A DNA stretch of 64,000 nt, from contig NC_092375.1 in assembly GCF_030028105.1 (NCBI RefSeq), positions 146,009,415 through 146,073,414 of the forward strand, in the 5' to 3' direction. The position numbers were made by a program, and so were the translations under genes. A model generated the notes under the pieces. The model was not told the DNA's origin, searched no databases, and saw nothing but the letters and a program-made list of their open reading frames with translations. This DNA comes from Mobula birostris. Taxonomy: Eukaryota. Of this stretch, positions 62,001 through 64,000 are shown piece after piece. The first letter of the stretch is position 1. Each line of letters opens with the position of its first letter.

Positions 62001-64000
62001 GTTTGAGATATTGATGTTCATGCCGTCAGGTTGGAGGCTACCCAAACAGAATATAAGGTGTTGTTCTTCCAACCTAAGTGTGGCCTTATCCCAACAGTGG
62101 AGGAGGATGAATGGACATATCGGAATGGGAATGGGAAGTGGAATTAAAATGGTGGCCACTGAGAGATCCCACTTGATCTGGTGGACGGACCGTAGATGCT
62201 CGGCAGAGCGGTCTCCCCATCTGTGTTGGGTGTCACCGATTTACAAGAGGCCACACCGGAAGCACCGAACACAGTATATGATTTCAACAGATTCACAAGT
62301 GAAGTGTTGCCTCACCTGGAAGGACTGTTTGAGGCCCTGAATGGTAGTGAGGGAGGAGGTGTAGGGACAGATGGGCACTTGTCCTGCTTGCAAAGATAAG
62401 TGCCAGGATGGAAGTCAGTGGGGAGGGATGAATGGACAAGGGAGTTGCGTAAGGAGTGATCGCTGTGGAAAGCAGAAAGTGCAGGGCAGGGAAAGATGTA
62501 CTTGGCGGTGGGATCTAGTCACTACGATTCAAGGCCCCAAACAGTCAGGATAAGGCCACACTTGGGTTGGAGGAATGATATCTTTTATTCCATTTGGGTA
62601 GCCTCCAACCTGATGGCATGAACATCGATTAACATCAATTTCTCAAATTTCCAGTAATGCCTCCACAGCCCCCCACCTTCACCATTCCCCTTCCCCTTGT
62701 CCCTCTCTCATGTTATCCCCTTGTCCTTGTCTCTCTCTCATGCTATCACCTTGCCCACCCATCTCCTCCCCCTGGTGATCCTCCCTCCCCCTTTCTTCTT
62801 TCTTCCATGGCCTTCTGTCTCTTTCACCAATCAACCTCCCAGCTCTTTGCTTCATCCCTCCCCTCCGTTTTTGCTATCGCCTGGCGTTTCTCTCTCCCCT
62901 CCCCCCACCTTTCAAATCTACTCAGTTTTTTTTCTCCAGTCCTGCCGAAGGGTTTCAGCCCGAAACCTCGACTGTACTTTTTCCATAGGTGCTGCATGGC
63001 CTGCTGAGTTCCTCCAGCACTTTGTGTGTGTAGCATGGATGGAAGATTGGCTGACTGGAGGGAGGTAAAAAATGGGAATACAGGGGTCTTTTCCAGTTTG
63101 GCTGCTGGTGACTAGTGGTGTGCTGCAAGGTCAATGTTGGGACCACTTCTTTTTCATGTTATATGTGAATAATTTGGATGAAGGAATTGATAGTGTTGAG
63201 GCCATGTTTGCAGATGATACAAAGATTGGTGGAAGGGCAGGTAGAGTTGGGGAAGCAGGATGTCTGCAAGGACTTAGACAGATTGAGAGAACGGGCAAAG
63301 AGTGGAAGATAGAATATACTGCAGTGTAGATACGTGCATGGTTATGCACTTTGGTAGAGGAATAAAGGTATAGACTATTTTCTGAATGGGGAGAAAATAA
63401 AAAAATCAGAGGCGCAAAGGGACTTGGGAGTCCTCATGCAGGAGCCCCTAAAGGTTAATTTGCAGATTGAGTCAGTGGTAAAGAAGGTAAATACCATGTT
63501 AGCATTCATTTCAATAGGACTAGATTACAAAAACAAGGATGTAATGCTGAGGCTTTATAAACTGGAAAGGTTCAAAGGTGGTTTATAAAAATGGTTCCAA
63601 GATTGATTGGCTTCTCATATGAAGAGCATTTGATGGCTATGGGCCTGTATTCACCAGAATTCAGAAGAATGAGGGATGACTTCACTGAAACCTATTGAAT
63701 GGTGAAAGGCCTTGATTGAGTAGATGTGGAAAGGGTGTTTCCCATGGTGGGAGAGTCTAAGACCAAAGGGTGCAGCCTCAGAATAGAGGGGCGTCCTTCT
63801 GGAACAGAGATCAGGAGGGAGTTCCTTAGCCAGAGAGTGGTGAATCTGTGGAATTCTTTGCCACAGGCAGCTGTGGAGGCCAAGTCTTTATATATATTTT
63901 AAAGTAGAGATTGATTGGTCAGGGCATGATGGGATACGGGGAGAAAGCAGGCGATTGGGGCTGAGAGGAAAATTGGATCAGCCATGATGAAATAGCAGAG
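59040..64000 (+). mobile_element. Near full-length degenerate CR1 (ORF1 with GDS esterase remnant, ORF2 APE and RT), interrupted at 61926-63030
   Basis: GDSIIRG..RRFC, LYFNA.SI.NK.D.L, GDFN, DSDH, GLHPRVLK, WKIAN.TPLFKK, FADDTK, WNSLP; many stops and frameshifts. Confidence 0.9.
61926..63030. mobile_element. Penelope-like element with inverted structure (- fragment to ~62520, then + fragment ending in a degenerate hammerhead at ~62936-62975)
   Basis: Homology to 24522-25576 in both orientations; 14-bp TSD tagcatggatggaa (61912-61925 and 63031-63044). Confidence 0.85.

Overview
Vertebrate genomic DNA, most likely from a cartilaginous fish (shark or ray; inferred from the crystallin sequence and the repeat families). 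The window holds a cluster of five three-exon gamma-crystallin genes resembling elasmobranch gamma-S1. Four lie in tandem on + (ATG at 6073, 16182, 26401, 38649) inside 10-12 kb duplicated units; one is inverted on - (ATG at 48555). Copy 3 carries a +2 frameshift in exon 3. All five have a GC-AG first intron. The exons are nearly identical even in the inverted copy, whose flanks and introns are unrelated to the others, and a gene-conversion tract shared by copies 2 and 5 is directly visible. The rest of the window is nested retrotransposon debris: CR1, Rex1/Babar, L1, R4/Dong-like, Penelope-like, BEL/Pao, two Ty3/Gypsy elements and a solo LTR. The most unusual non-coding structure is a ~245-bp Penelope-derived insertion forming a 101-bp-arm palindrome, with an intact minimal hammerhead ribozyme motif on both strands. 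Everything was read by eye. Coordinates of exons, target-site duplications (TSDs) and motifs were counted; outer boundaries of old repeats are approximate.
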